A stretch of 64,000 bases of DNA, taken from NCBI GenBank assembly GCA_046757665.1, contig JBHHYO010000002.1, positions 32,001 through 96,000 of the forward strand, in the 5' to 3' direction. Under the pieces are notes generated by a model. The model had not been told where the DNA came from. It did not search any database and saw only the letters and a program-made list of their open reading frames with translations. The DNA is from Nitrospinales bacterium (GTDB lineage Bacteria > Nitrospinota > Nitrospinia > Nitrospinales > JAJDAT01). The position numbers and the translations under genes are program-made. Positions 48,873 to 59,133 of the stretch are shown one piece after another; position 1 is the first letter of the stretch, and each line of letters starts with the position of its first letter.

Positions 48873-48989
48873 GCACGGCCGGCCCTGGTCCAGCAAACCA
48901 TTTTTTTCAGCCGCATTTGAAATACTTGGTTATAATCAAGTAGATACGTTAATTTTCCCTTGAAACAAATTTCGAACGAACGCCCGACA

Positions 48990-49991
48990 ATGAACAAACC
49001 TGTCGTCCAAGCAGAAGACCTCCTCCCAGCCTGTCCCCTGATCACCGATAACTCCATATTGAAAGATATCGGAAACACGCCGTTGATCCGCATAAAAAAC
49101 CTGGGCCGGGAATTCAAAGATGTTGAAATCCACGCCAAGGCGGAATGGCGCAATGCCGGCGGCTCCGTGAAATCCCGGCCCGCCCTGAAAATGATCGAGG
49201 AAGGAGAAAAATCCGGCAAGCTCACCAAGGACAAAATCATCCTCGACTCCACTTCCGGCAACACCGGCATCGCCTACGCCCTGATCGGCAAGGTCAAGGG
49301 GTACAAAGTGAAACTCGTCATGCCGGCGAACGTCTGCAACGAGCGCAAGGGCCTTATGGCGGATTTTTACGGCGCCGAAATCATCACCTCCAGCCCCTTT
49401 GAGGGCTCCGACGGCGCCATTCGACTGGCACATAAAATCTACGAGGAAAATCCGGACATTTATTTCATGCCGGATCAATACAACAACCCCGCCAACTGGC
49501 AAGCCCATCTGGAAACCACCTCCAGGGAAATCTGGAAACAGACCCAGGGCCGCGTCACCCATTTTCTCGCCGGCATCGGCACCGGCGGAACCATCATGGG
49601 AACCACCCGCGGCCTGCACGAGTTCAACCCGGACATCCTGTGCTACGCCGTGGAACCCGCCGAGGACCTCCATGGCATTGAAGGTCTGAAACACATGGCC
49701 AGCTCCATCGTGCCGGGGATTTACGACGAATCCATTCTTGACGGCAAAATCAGCGTTTCCACCGAAGACAGCTACGACATGGTCTCGACCCTGGAAAAGG
49801 AAGAAGGCATTCTGGTCGGGCAATCCTCCGCCGCCGCCATGAAAGCCGCGCTGGACCTGGCCTCGCGAATCAAGTCCGGAGTCATTATCACCGTCTTCCC
49901 CGACAGTTGCGAGCGGTGCTATATCAATTTCGGCAAATTCCAGGAGTACGGCGAAACCCATTCCCACAAACTGCCCAAACACGACGCTTAG
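48990..49991 (+). CDS. cysM: cysteine synthase B / CysM-like PLP enzyme
   Basis: IGNTPL, NAGGSVKSR, DSTSGNTG, DQYNN, HGIEGLKH. Confidence 0.75.
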   Translation: MNKPVVQAEDLLPACPLITDNSILKDIGNTPLIRIKNLGREFKDVEIHAKAEWRNAGGSVKSRPALKMIEEGEKSGKLTKDKIILDSTSGNTGIAYALIGKVKGYKVKLVMPANVCNERKGLMADFYGAEIITSSPFEGSDGAIRLAHKIYEENPDIYFMPDQYNNPANWQAHLETTSREIWKQTQGRVTHFLAGIGTGGTIMGTTRGLHEFNPDILCYAVEPAEDLHGIEGLKHMASSIVPGIYDESILDGKISVSTEDSYDMVSTLEKEEGILVGQSSAAAMKAALDLASRIKSGVIITVFPDSCERCYINFGKFQEYGETHSHKLPKHDA

Positions 49992-50020
49992 TAAAACATT
50001 TTTACTCGCCGGTCCCCGTC

Positions 50021-50353
50021 ATGTCCCGATTCGACAAACACTTGTTCTTCTGCGTCAACGAACGCGCCGCCGGCAACCGCAAGGGTTGCTGTTCCTCCAA
50101 GGGGTCCGCGGAACTGTTGGACCATGCCAAAATGCGCGTCCACGAAATGGGCCTCAAGGGCAAGGTGCGGGTCAACAAAGCCGGTTGCCTGGACGCTTGC
50201 GCCCATGGCCCTACGCTGGTCGTCTATCCGGACGACACCTGGTACAGCCCACGCAACAAGGACGACGTCGAGGAAATTCTGCAAGAGCATATCCAAAACA
50301 ACCGCATCGTCACGCGCCTGCTCATCCGATTCAACCGGGGAAAAACCAACTGA
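50021..50353 (+). CDS. thioredoxin-like [2Fe-2S] ferredoxin
   Basis: HLFFCVNER..GCC, RVNKAGCLDAC..GP..VVYP..WY. Confidence 0.9.
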   Translation: MSRFDKHLFFCVNERAAGNRKGCCSSKGSAELLDHAKMRVHEMGLKGKVRVNKAGCLDACAHGPTLVVYPDDTWYSPRNKDDVEEILQEHIQNNRIVTRLLIRFNRGKTN

Positions 50354-50359
50354 TTCCGG

Positions 50360-50450
50360 CCGGGCGTGGCCCGGCTGGATCGCCACGCCGCTGGTCGCGG
50401 CTCGCGATGACGCCGGGGCGGCGAAGAATCTCGGGCGATGCAAAGGTCTC
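50360..50450 (+). mobile_element. MITE/REP-like palindromic element, copy D (right half)
   Basis: CCGGGCGTGGCCCGGCTGGATCGCCACG...CGATGAC...TGCAAAGGTCTC; its last bases overlap the stop codon of the convergent gene. Confidence 0.72.
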
Positions 50451-51708
50451 AAAAAAAATAGGCCAGTTCCAACTGCATCAAATCATCGTTACGCAACGAG
50501 AAAAAAGTGTCGTCCGCGGGCTGACTGAAAAAAGTGCGTATTTCCAGAGTGGTTTTCCAGTGATCGCCAAACCGGCGACTGGCTTCCAGAAACAGGAAGC
50601 GCGCACTGCTTGCCACGTCCTGAACCCAACCGAACAACAACTCCGTGCTGTCAACATCATTGAAGGCCAGGCGCAATCCATAGGCAATGTCATTGTCGAA
50701 AGGGGTGAACGCTTTTTTGCCGCGCTCATCGTACATCCATTCGGCGAGCACCCCCAGGTCCATGGGGGTTTCCATGATGCCGGTGAACGTGTATTCAAAA
50801 CCTCCCGTCCACGCCACGAAGCGCTTTCCCTGTCCAAAACGCTGTAAGGCTTCCAGCTTCCACAGCCAGTCCCCCGCTACATAGGACACATCCAGTCCGG
50901 TCTGATTGATCTGCTCGTAAAAAGGAATCAGTACCGGATTGCCTTCGTCGTCCTTTCCGGGCAACAGGGTCGGTTCGCGTCCCGTCCCGTTAAAATGATA
51001 TATGCCCACGTCCCACTCGCCGATGGTATGGCTGTAACGAATGGTCCAATCCGGATGCCACTTTCCCTGGGAACTCTCGAACGCGGCGCGGTCGGTATCG
51101 ACCACCAGGGAGCTACGCAGGCGTCCGCTCCGGCCGGGAAAGGTGCGTTCCCGAAAAAAGGGCAGGTAAAACAGGTCGAGGGTGCCCCAATCGCGCGCGA
51201 TGGATAAATTGGCCATGGGCTGGCCCAAAAAATCCTCGAAGTCTATATTTTCGATAAAATCGACCTGGTTGATGACGTTGACCAGGTGGAGCACTTCGGT
51301 CACCCCCCAGAACTCTCTTCGCACTCCAAGACGAAGCTCGAAATCATCATGCAGATACAAAAAAGTAAGCTCGCGCAGGTCGAAATGCGTTCTCTCGGAA
51401 TCCGCCCTGTCCAGGCGGTAAAAAGGCACAAAGGTAAAACTGTTCCCGTCTTCCCATTCGTGAAAATACTCCGGCTGAGCGGCCAGGGACACCGTTTGGT
51501 CCGCCTGGCCGAGATGCGTTGCGCTGTTGGCGAACAACCGCGCCTGCCCCTCAACAAAGCCGGACAACTCGTGAGCCGCCGCGCCACTCCCGATATCGGA
51601 CACTGGAGAAAGGAACAAAGCCATCATCAGCCGCAAGATGAAAGACCGAACAATCCGGTTTTCACATTTGTTTTCCATTTTCCACGCGGAGTTTGAAATT
51701 CCCGGCAT
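50449..51708 (-). CDS. outer-membrane beta-barrel protein associated with MMPL/LolA-like genes
   Basis: Amphipathic beta pattern, DLREL, FWGVTE, C-terminal ELAYFF; start uncertain (51708, 51678 or later). Confidence 0.7.
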   Translation of the reverse strand: MPGISNSAWKMENKCENRIVRSFILRLMMALFLSPVSDIGSGAAAHELSGFVEGQARLFANSATHLGQADQTVSLAAQPEYFHEWEDGNSFTFVPFYRLDRADSERTHFDLRELTFLYLHDDFELRLGVRREFWGVTEVLHLVNVINQVDFIENIDFEDFLGQPMANLSIARDWGTLDLFYLPFFRERTFPGRSGRLRSSLVVDTDRAAFESSQGKWHPDWTIRYSHTIGEWDVGIYHFNGTGREPTLLPGKDDEGNPVLIPFYEQINQTGLDVSYVAGDWLWKLEALQRFGQGKRFVAWTGGFEYTFTGIMETPMDLGVLAEWMYDERGKKAFTPFDNDIAYGLRLAFNDVDSTELLFGWVQDVASSARFLFLEASRRFGDHWKTTLEIRTFFSQPADDTFFSLRNDDLMQLELAYFF

Positions 51709-51720
51709 CCCGGCGTCCGA

Positions 51721-52377
51721 TCAATGGCGCACTTGTAAAGTCTTCAAAACCTCGACAACGTCAGCGGGGTCCAGCCGCTTGCTGTAATCCGCATCGACAA
51801 AGGCCTTGCGGATCATTCCGGCGGAATCCACCACATACGTCGCGGCAAGGGGCAACTCAAAGCTTGCCTCGCCGTTGTATTCCGGCAAGTCGATGCCGAA
51901 ACTTTTGTAAAGCGGCCGCAGGTTCTCGGGCACTTGAAAGACGAGCCCGAATTGTTTTGCCGCCCCGTTGCCGGCGTCGCTCAACATTTCAAAATCCAGG
52001 TTGCATGTCGTTTTTGTCTCCAGCGACTTGCCGGGCACCTGGGGAGAGATGGCTACCAGAGCGGCGCCCATTGAGCGGATATCGGACAGCGCTTCCTGAA
52101 ACGCCTGCAATTCGAGACTGCAATAAGGGCACCAGGAACCGCGGAAGAAACTGATGACCAGCGGCCCCCTGGCCAGAAGTTCCGCCGACCGCACCGTCCG
52201 GCCCTCCGCGTCGGGAAGAGCGAACTCGGGCGCCTTGTCCCCTTCCTTGAGAGCGCGCTCCGCGATTTTCGACTGGACAAGTTTTTCCATGGCCTCGCCC
52301 ATAACCTTGCGTACGTTCGACGGAATTTTCTCCGCCATCTGATTTTTCAATTCAACAAGTTTCTGAGTCAGCGACAT
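51721..52377 (-). CDS. AhpC/TSA-like peroxiredoxin-family protein
   Basis: GDKAPEFAL, FFRGSWCPYC, LSDAGN, ELPLAATYVVD. Confidence 0.85.
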   Translation of the reverse strand: MSLTQKLVELKNQMAEKIPSNVRKVMGEAMEKLVQSKIAERALKEGDKAPEFALPDAEGRTVRSAELLARGPLVISFFRGSWCPYCSLELQAFQEALSDIRSMGAALVAISPQVPGKSLETKTTCNLDFEMLSDAGNGAAKQFGLVFQVPENLRPLYKSFGIDLPEYNGEASFELPLAATYVVDSAGMIRKAFVDADYSKRLDPADVVEVLKTLQVRH

Positions 52378-52412
52378 GATATACCCTCCTTGCTCAAATT
52401 AAAGTAAACGGC

Positions 52413-53192
52413 TCAACGAGCACGTTTCAAACTGTTTTTATTAAAATCCTTGTCATTCAATCCAACACGGAATGCGTACTCTTTCCAAAGCAACCGGGTT
52501 GTTTTTCCCGTCTGATGGTTGACCATGAACATTTCGTCGGGATACCAGTATTTGTCCAGATAGAGATGGTATCCCTTGAACGTCTGCGTTTTGAGCAGAG
52601 CGTTTTTGCGGTCATAATAATCGATCTTGAGCAAACGGTATTCCTTTTTATCAATCCACACAACCTGCCGGGTGTAGCCGGAGTTCCTGTACTCCGGGTA
52701 ACGCTCAACGACAAAACAATCCTGCCCTTCATAGGGCTCGTCGCGCAACCACTTGTAGGTGTATTTTTCAACCTCCTGGCTGGTGATATCCTCGTAGGCA
52801 AACTCACTGCCCATGAACGGGCCGGACTTGTTCGAGGAACTGATGCGCTTGACCCTTTTCAGGGCCGGCAAGTAGAGCCATTGATCGTCGTCGCCTTTCA
52901 GATGCGTATAATTCAGCAAGGCGGTGCCCTTGACATCCCGCGGCCGGTCAAAGATGACCAGGCTCTTATCGCCGTCCCGCCTCACCTCCAGAGTGCGATT
53001 GCGCATGTAACGGACACTTTCTTCCCCCTGGCGGTTTTTCAACGTCATAATCAGTTTAGCCTTAAAATCATGAAAATCGTCATACCGCCTGTCGGCCTCC
53101 CGGGCGATGGCCAGACCTTTTTCCTCCGGCGTCTCGGCGGCGGCCGGCAAGACCATCAGCAACAAAAGACCCGTCAAAAGATAGCGTTTCAT
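52413..53192 (-). CDS. outer-membrane lipoprotein-sorting (LolA-like) periplasmic protein
   Basis: Signal peptide, PRDVKGTALL, DDQWLYLPALKRVKRI, FMGSEFAYED; ATGA overlap with MMPL. Confidence 0.88.
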   Translation of the reverse strand: MKRYLLTGLLLLMVLPAAAETPEEKGLAIAREADRRYDDFHDFKAKLIMTLKNRQGEESVRYMRNRTLEVRRDGDKSLVIFDRPRDVKGTALLNYTHLKGDDDQWLYLPALKRVKRISSSNKSGPFMGSEFAYEDITSQEVEKYTYKWLRDEPYEGQDCFVVERYPEYRNSGYTRQVVWIDKKEYRLLKIDYYDRKNALLKTQTFKGYHLYLDKYWYPDEMFMVNHQTGKTTRLLWKEYAFRVGLNDKDFNKNSLKRAR

Positions 53193-55486
53193 AGTTTTCC
53201 TTCCTCCTTCTCGAATTTCATCAGCAACGGCGGCAGGAATAGAAAGTCGGCCACCAGCGCAAAACTGATCGTTATGGTGGTGAGAAGCCCCATATGCGAG
53301 TTCATGGTAAACCCGGAACCCGACAGCAGTAAAAACCCGCAGACCAGGGTTACGGAGGTTATCCAAAGGGCCATGCCGACTGTTTTGAACGAATACCGCA
53401 CCGCTTCCTGGGGCGAGGCCCCGCGTTCGCGCCGGGCGCGCAAGTATTTACTCAGGAAATGCACCGTATCGTCAACAATGATTCCCAACGACAACACGGC
53501 CACCACGGAAACCGCCAGCCCTATTTCTTTCCACACAATAGCCCAGAGACCAAAAGCCATGAGCGCCGGGACGAGGTTCGGCACCAGGCTGAGCAGTCCA
53601 ATCTTGAAACTCCGCAACGCGACAACAAGAATGACTGTCATCAAAATCAACGCCAATATCCCGCCGGAAATCATGCTGTGCACATTGCGCAAAGCGATGT
53701 TGGAAAACATGATCAGCGGACTCGCCCCATGCGACCGCATCCCAGGCAAACCGTGCTCGCCCAGCCAGGCCTGGGCTTTTTCCTCCAGCGCCAGGGCGTA
53801 TTGAGTGGTGAGATCGTCGAAGACCACCGTGAAGCGGACGGCGGACTTATCCACGTTGATCTGGTTGTTCAGGTCCAAACCGTAAGGCAGGGACATTTCA
53901 AACAGCAGGAGATATTGCGCCGCCAGGTCGCGGCTCTCCGGCAACCGGTAATAGGCATCGTCGTCGCCGTGCATGTTGCGGTTCAGGCGTTTCATGATGT
54001 CGGTCAGGCTTCCCACATACACGACGTGGGGTTGTTTGGCATACCACTGCTTGAATTCCTCCAGCTTGGCGAGGTATTCGGGTTTGCTGATGCCGCCCGG
54101 CTCTCCAGCCCGCAGGGAATATTCGATGGTTTCAAAACCCGTCAGATTTTTGATGATAAAATCATTGTCGTTGCGGAACTGGTAACGATGGTCAAAATAT
54201 TTTGTAAACAGATCGTTGATTTCGATTCTGGGAATCTGCGCCGCCAGGAGAACGACAACAGCCAACATGCCCCAAAAAAGGCGGTTGCGGTGGCGGATCA
54301 CGAAATCCGAAAAATGGTCCATGAATTCCCTGTGCTCCGAGTCACGCACGGATTTGCGCAACGGAAGCACCGCCATGAAAGCCGGCAGGAACAACACCGA
54401 ATAAACAAAAGCCGCCATAACCCCCGTTGCAACCATATTTCCCAAATCACGGAACGGCGGCGAATCGCTGAAATTCAAACTGAGAAAACCGATGGCCGTC
54501 GTGATACTGGTAATGAACACCGGTTGCATGTTGACCCGCAAGGATTCCACAATTGCCTCATGCCGGGTTCTGCCGCGGTGCATTTCATGAAACATCGTGA
54601 TCAGGAGATGGACGCTGTCCGCCACGCCCATGGTCAGAATAAACGTCGGCGCGTTGGCCGAAACGGGGGTCAGCAAAATGCCGAACCAGCCCGCCAGTCC
54701 CATGCCGGTGAGCGTGGCGAAAGTGATCACCAACAGCGCCGCCAACGTGCCGTAAAACGTGCGCAGGGACACCCACATAATGACGATAATCAACAGATAC
54801 ATCGCCGGGATGAGCGTTTCCATGTCCATCTTGCTGGCTTCGGAAAACTGGTTGTCCATAAACACAACGCCGGACAGGTAAATTTTCAAGTCAGGATGCT
54901 TTTTGCCAAAATCCGCCACCATGCGGCGCACAAACGAGGCCACCTCCGGCACTTCGGAAATATTCTTTTCCGGCATGTGAACCGTGACGTTTATTCCCGT
55001 CACATGGGCGGAGGGAGAAATCAGCCGGCGGAACAGCAAAGGCTCGGCAAGAGCGATTTTCTTTATGCGCTGTAATTCGGCGTCGGAGAGGGTCTCGGCA
55101 TTTTTCACCAGGTCCTCCACCACCAAATCGTCTCCCTTGGCCCAGGAATGTTGAAAGTTCGTGATGGATTCCACACGGGTTGAATAGGGAATCTGCCAGG
55201 CCTCTTTGGTCAGTTCCTCGACGGCGGCCAGGTTTTCGCGGGTAAACACATGACCGTTATCGGGGGCGAGAGCGATCAGCACATTGTCATTTTTGTTATA
55301 GGTATTTTGCAGAGTTTCGAACGCCTGCAACTGGGGATTGTCTTTGCCGAAAAACACGCGATAATCCGTGGTGAACCCCAAAAACCTGCCGCCCGACGCC
55401 GACGCCGCAACAAGCAGAAGAGTTGCGGCAAGAATTCCCCAGCGGCGGCGCACCACCCATTCACCGTATTCGTACCTGGATTGCAT
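53189..55486 (-). CDS. MMPL/RND-family transporter
   Basis: GVADSVH, TTAIGF, GIIVDDTVH motifs; two-bundle multi-TM architecture. Confidence 0.9.
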   Translation of the reverse strand: MQSRYEYGEWVVRRRWGILAATLLLVAASASGGRFLGFTTDYRVFFGKDNPQLQAFETLQNTYNKNDNVLIALAPDNGHVFTRENLAAVEELTKEAWQIPYSTRVESITNFQHSWAKGDDLVVEDLVKNAETLSDAELQRIKKIALAEPLLFRRLISPSAHVTGINVTVHMPEKNISEVPEVASFVRRMVADFGKKHPDLKIYLSGVVFMDNQFSEASKMDMETLIPAMYLLIIVIMWVSLRTFYGTLAALLVITFATLTGMGLAGWFGILLTPVSANAPTFILTMGVADSVHLLITMFHEMHRGRTRHEAIVESLRVNMQPVFITSITTAIGFLSLNFSDSPPFRDLGNMVATGVMAAFVYSVLFLPAFMAVLPLRKSVRDSEHREFMDHFSDFVIRHRNRLFWGMLAVVVLLAAQIPRIEINDLFTKYFDHRYQFRNDNDFIIKNLTGFETIEYSLRAGEPGGISKPEYLAKLEEFKQWYAKQPHVVYVGSLTDIMKRLNRNMHGDDDAYYRLPESRDLAAQYLLLFEMSLPYGLDLNNQINVDKSAVRFTVVFDDLTTQYALALEEKAQAWLGEHGLPGMRSHGASPLIMFSNIALRNVHSMISGGILALILMTVILVVALRSFKIGLLSLVPNLVPALMAFGLWAIVWKEIGLAVSVVAVLSLGIIVDDTVHFLSKYLRARRERGASPQEAVRYSFKTVGMALWITSVTLVCGFLLLSGSGFTMNSHMGLLTTITISFALVADFLFLPPLLMKFEKEEGKL

Positions 55487-55531
55487 TCCCGGTTTTCGCC
55501 TTTATAGTTCAGTAAATATTTTTAACTTTAT

Positions 55532-56152
55532 TCAGCGTCCGCGTTTGCGGCCGTCCACTTTTGCCAATCCCCGGATGAGCAACCGCACCACGCCCCGGGC
55601 TTCCTGCTCCAATTCCCGAAGGGAGAATATATTCATAAAATGCGGAGCGTTGAATTTCACGGTCGCCGCTTGAATCATCCGCGCGGTGGACAGAATGTCG
55701 GGGATATCGAATTCTCCCGACCGGTTGCCCTCGGCCAGGATTTCCGCCATCAGGGAGCGCTGAACCTCCAGACTGCGGCTGACCAAATCCCAGCGTTTTT
55801 CGGAAATGAACGCCAGCAATTCGAAAATTCGCGGCTGATCGGAAAACTGCTCGTACTTGTGGTGAAGGATTTGCAGGACGAACTGCTCCAGGCGCTTGCC
55901 CGGTGAAAGTTTTTGCTTCCTCAAAACATTCCGCAAAAGATTTTCCGTTTGGTCCAGGCACCGCGCCGCGCACTCTGCGGCGATCTCCGCCTTGTTTTCA
56001 TAGTAACGGTAAAGGTTTCCCGCCGACATATCACAGTCGGCGGCAATTTCTGCCATGGTCGTTTTACCCATTCCATACTTGCCGAAGCGGGCAAATGCCG
56101 CATCCAGAATCCGGCTCCGGATTGCCTCCGTGGTTCGCTCCAAGGTTTTCAT
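55532..56152 (-). CDS. TetR-family transcriptional regulator
   Basis: ILDAAFARFGKYGMGKTTMAEIAADCDMSAGNLYRYYENK HTH. Confidence 0.92.
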   Translation of the reverse strand: MKTLERTTEAIRSRILDAAFARFGKYGMGKTTMAEIAADCDMSAGNLYRYYENKAEIAAECAARCLDQTENLLRNVLRKQKLSPGKRLEQFVLQILHHKYEQFSDQPRIFELLAFISEKRWDLVSRSLEVQRSLMAEILAEGNRSGEFDIPDILSTARMIQAATVKFNAPHFMNIFSLRELEQEARGVVRLLIRGLAKVDGRKRGR

Positions 56153-56172
56153 GGTTTCGCCCTGCCTTGCTG

Positions 56173-56229
56173 GTAAATATTTACTATTTTATTTAATTTT
56201 TACTATAACAGAAAGGCTTCCTCTTGCAA
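56173..56229 (-). promoter_or_regulatory. tetR promoter (TTGCAA-N16-TATAGT, with extended TG) and palindromic operator GTAAATATTTAC
   Basis: Palindrome 56173-56184; -10 at 56207-56202; -35 at 56229-56224; GTAAATATTT recurs at 55512-55521. Confidence 0.5.
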
Positions 56230-56231
56230 AG

Positions 56232-56400
56232 GAGACCTTTGCACAAATGTACTTGTCCGACCGTCATTGCGAGTCGGCGAAGCCGACGAAGCAATCCAGA
56301 AAGGAGCCATTCCCACCGGGCGTGGCCCGGCTGGATCGCCACGCCGCCGGTGGCGGCTCGCGATGGCGCCGGGGTGGGGGAATCTCGGGTTAGGCAGAGA
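56232..56400 (+). mobile_element. MITE/REP-like palindromic element, copy E
   Basis: GAGACCTTTGCAC end plus full core; right end degenerate. Confidence 0.75.
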
Positions 56401-56404
56401 AAGT

Positions 56405-59104
56405 TTAAACGGCCAGTTGGTTGGCGCCAAGCCGCTTGTAGATTTTCAGGGACTGGTGGTGGCAGGAGAGGACGATCACTTGCCGGGTTGCGGCAAAGGC
56501 TTTGAGGATTTTCATGAGGCTGAGCGCCCGTTCGTCGTCGAAATTGACCAGCACATCATCCATGATCACCGGCAACGGCTCCGAGCGTTTTTCGTATTCT
56601 TCAATCAATCCGAGGCGCATGGCCAGGTAAAGCTGTTCCCGGGTGCCCCGGCTCATTTCCACGACGCCGCGCCGTTGTCCCGATTCGTTGTCGATGAGAA
56701 TTTCGTCCTTGTCGAGGGGTTTGAAAATTTTATTGTACCTGCCGCCGGTCACCCGCGAGAAGATATTTTCCGCGGCCCGTATGACTTCGGGTTGCCGCTC
56801 GCGCTCGTATTTTTGCTTGGCCCGCTCCAGCATGAAATGCGCGATTTTGCAGGTCACCCATTCCCTGGCGCAAAACTTCAATTGCTCGTTCTTGATTCCC
56901 AATTCATTCTGCTTGATGAGAAGCTCATCCTCCGAGGCCAACTGGTTTAATTCATTACGGATTTCGCCCATTTCCTGATTGACGCGGTCCTTGGCTTCCT
57001 GCAATTCCTTTAAATACCGGGTCACTTCATCAAGTTCGCGCTGGATTTCCTCGGGATGAGTCTCGTTGATGGATTGCAGGAATTGTTCATAGGCCGCGTC
57101 CAACCCGATCCTGGACTGAATGAGGCGGCGCTTTTCGTCCACGGTGTTTTGTAGCAGTTTCTTTTTATCGAGTTGGCGGCGCTTGTTTTCAAAATCTTCG
57201 CCATCGGCAACGTCAAGGGATCGAAAAAATTCCTGCAACCCTATTTCGTGTTCATTGATCTGCGACATGAGCCGGTCGATTTTTCCTTCGAGGGCGCTCA
57301 ACTGAATTTGCAGGCCGGATCGTTTTTCCCGGTTTCTTTCGGCTTCTTCATAGGCGAGGTTGATCAGATTAATGGCCGGCCCCAGATCCTGCTCCAGGAC
57401 GGGGGTTTGCAGGGCGGGGGCGATTTCGCCGACCAGGCCGCCGGCCTTGTCCAGGGTCTCCCGCATCCTTTCCAGCCTCTGGGCCAACTCGTCCCTTTGG
57501 CGAAGCAGAGCCTTGACGCGCTTGATGGTGCCGATCGCCTCTTGCGTGCGGGTGGGAGTCAAATGCTCGTTCAGTTTCTTTTTTCGCAACCAGGCGCGCC
57601 AGTCGGCGAATTTTTTATCTTCCTCTTGCTGTGCCCGCTCCAGCTTTTCGACCAAGAGAGGTTCGAACCGGTCCTCCTTGACCAAAGTATCTTTTCTTTT
57701 ATAAATCATGCGGGCGGAAACCGCGCCCAAAACCAGGGTCACCAGCGAAAACGCCATCAGGGGAAAGATCGAGATCAACCAGCCCCACAAAAGCCCGGCC
57801 GCGCCCATCCCCAACAGACCGTAAGAAACCACTTTCAGCCATTCCGGGATATTCATTCCCCTGGACATTTCCTCCGCTTTCTGGCGCTTATGCTCCTCCA
57901 GTTTCTCCCTCGCCCGGCGCACGTTTTGCTGGCTTTCCACCAAATCTTTCTGACTGACCTCAATGATATCTTTTTCCGCCGGGGTGATCTCAAAACCAGC
58001 CACGGCATCCTCATCCCATTGAGGATCGATCTCATTGATGTCCGCCTGAATTTGCTCCTTCAACAAGTCCATTTTTTCGCTGATGGCCGGCCGGTCCGCC
58101 AGGATCGACAGCGCCTGCTCCGTCATATTGCGCAGGCCAACCACGGCTTCCTGGCGCTGTAACAACTTTTCATTGACGGAAATACCGTCGCGTTCCACTT
58201 TCAGCTTTTCCCGGTTTTCATTTTCTTCATCAAGCCGGTTCTTCAGGTTGCTGAGTTCCAGTTGCATCCCGCGGAGCGTTTCGCAGGCATGTTCCGGAAA
58301 GTCGGGAAGGCCGCCAAACCGCCCCAGTTCTTCCTCGGCTTCCTTTAACTCGACGTACGCCGGATACAAATCCAGCCGGGTCTCCAGAACGCGCCTTTGA
58401 GTTTCCAGTTCCTGCGCGGCGCGTTCCTGGCTTGTTTTATCCTCCTTCAATTTCCCGGCCTTGCTCTGAAGGTCGTCGTACCGGGCCAGGCGGTCCTGAA
58501 TCTCGCCGATCTCCTGCTGAAGCCCTTTGATGTCGTTCAGCAACACAGACATTTCCCGGGTTTTTCCTCGCGGAGCAAACAACTCATTACAGCGTTTGCG
58601 AAAACTGTCGGCCATGTTGATAATCGACTTGGCTCCCAGCCCCATTCCCACGCCGTAAATATGGGTCTTGATCTCTTCCCCCTGAAGCGACCCGAAAGCT
58701 TGCAGTTCTTCCAGGGTAAAAGCGAATATATTCTGGTAAAGCTCTTTCGAGGCATTGCCGAGAAAAGCGTTTAAATTTTCCTGGCCGTGAAGTTGGCGGG
58801 AATCCACCCAAACGGTGACCGTTCCTTTCTGCGGCCCCGAAGTCCGGGCAATGATAATCTCCTCGCCATTGGCCAGTTGGGAAACAAGCCTTCCCCCGTA
58901 AGTCCCTCCATTCAGTGGCGGGTATTGATTGACGTTCTGACTTTTGCCGGGAAACCCAAACAAAATCCGCCGAATAAATTCCAGCAGTGTGGTCTTGCCG
59001 AACTCATTGGGACCATGGATCACGTTGATTCCGGAAGTGAGCCCCTTGACCTGACGGTTGGCAAAGGCTCCGAACCCGTCGATATGTAATTCACGAATTT
59101 GCAT
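56405..59104 (-). CDS. YhaN-like Rad50/SMC-type ATPase with internal TM hairpin
   Basis: MQIRELHIDGFG, GPNEFGKTT, long coiled coil, MSRGTREQLYLAMR, PVIMDDVLVNFD. Confidence 0.88.
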   Translation of the reverse strand: MQIRELHIDGFGAFANRQVKGLTSGINVIHGPNEFGKTTLLEFIRRILFGFPGKSQNVNQYPPLNGGTYGGRLVSQLANGEEIIIARTSGPQKGTVTVWVDSRQLHGQENLNAFLGNASKELYQNIFAFTLEELQAFGSLQGEEIKTHIYGVGMGLGAKSIINMADSFRKRCNELFAPRGKTREMSVLLNDIKGLQQEIGEIQDRLARYDDLQSKAGKLKEDKTSQERAAQELETQRRVLETRLDLYPAYVELKEAEEELGRFGGLPDFPEHACETLRGMQLELSNLKNRLDEENENREKLKVERDGISVNEKLLQRQEAVVGLRNMTEQALSILADRPAISEKMDLLKEQIQADINEIDPQWDEDAVAGFEITPAEKDIIEVSQKDLVESQQNVRRAREKLEEHKRQKAEEMSRGMNIPEWLKVVSYGLLGMGAAGLLWGWLISIFPLMAFSLVTLVLGAVSARMIYKRKDTLVKEDRFEPLLVEKLERAQQEEDKKFADWRAWLRKKKLNEHLTPTRTQEAIGTIKRVKALLRQRDELAQRLERMRETLDKAGGLVGEIAPALQTPVLEQDLGPAINLINLAYEEAERNREKRSGLQIQLSALEGKIDRLMSQINEHEIGLQEFFRSLDVADGEDFENKRRQLDKKKLLQNTVDEKRRLIQSRIGLDAAYEQFLQSINETHPEEIQRELDEVTRYLKELQEAKDRVNQEMGEIRNELNQLASEDELLIKQNELGIKNEQLKFCAREWVTCKIAHFMLERAKQKYERERQPEVIRAAENIFSRVTGGRYNKIFKPLDKDEILIDNESGQRRGVVEMSRGTREQLYLAMRLGLIEEYEKRSEPLPVIMDDVLVNFDDERALSLMKILKAFAATRQVIVLSCHHQSLKIYKRLGANQLAV

Positions 59105-59133
59105 GGATTGGCTTGCTTCCCGTCCGAGGAAGG

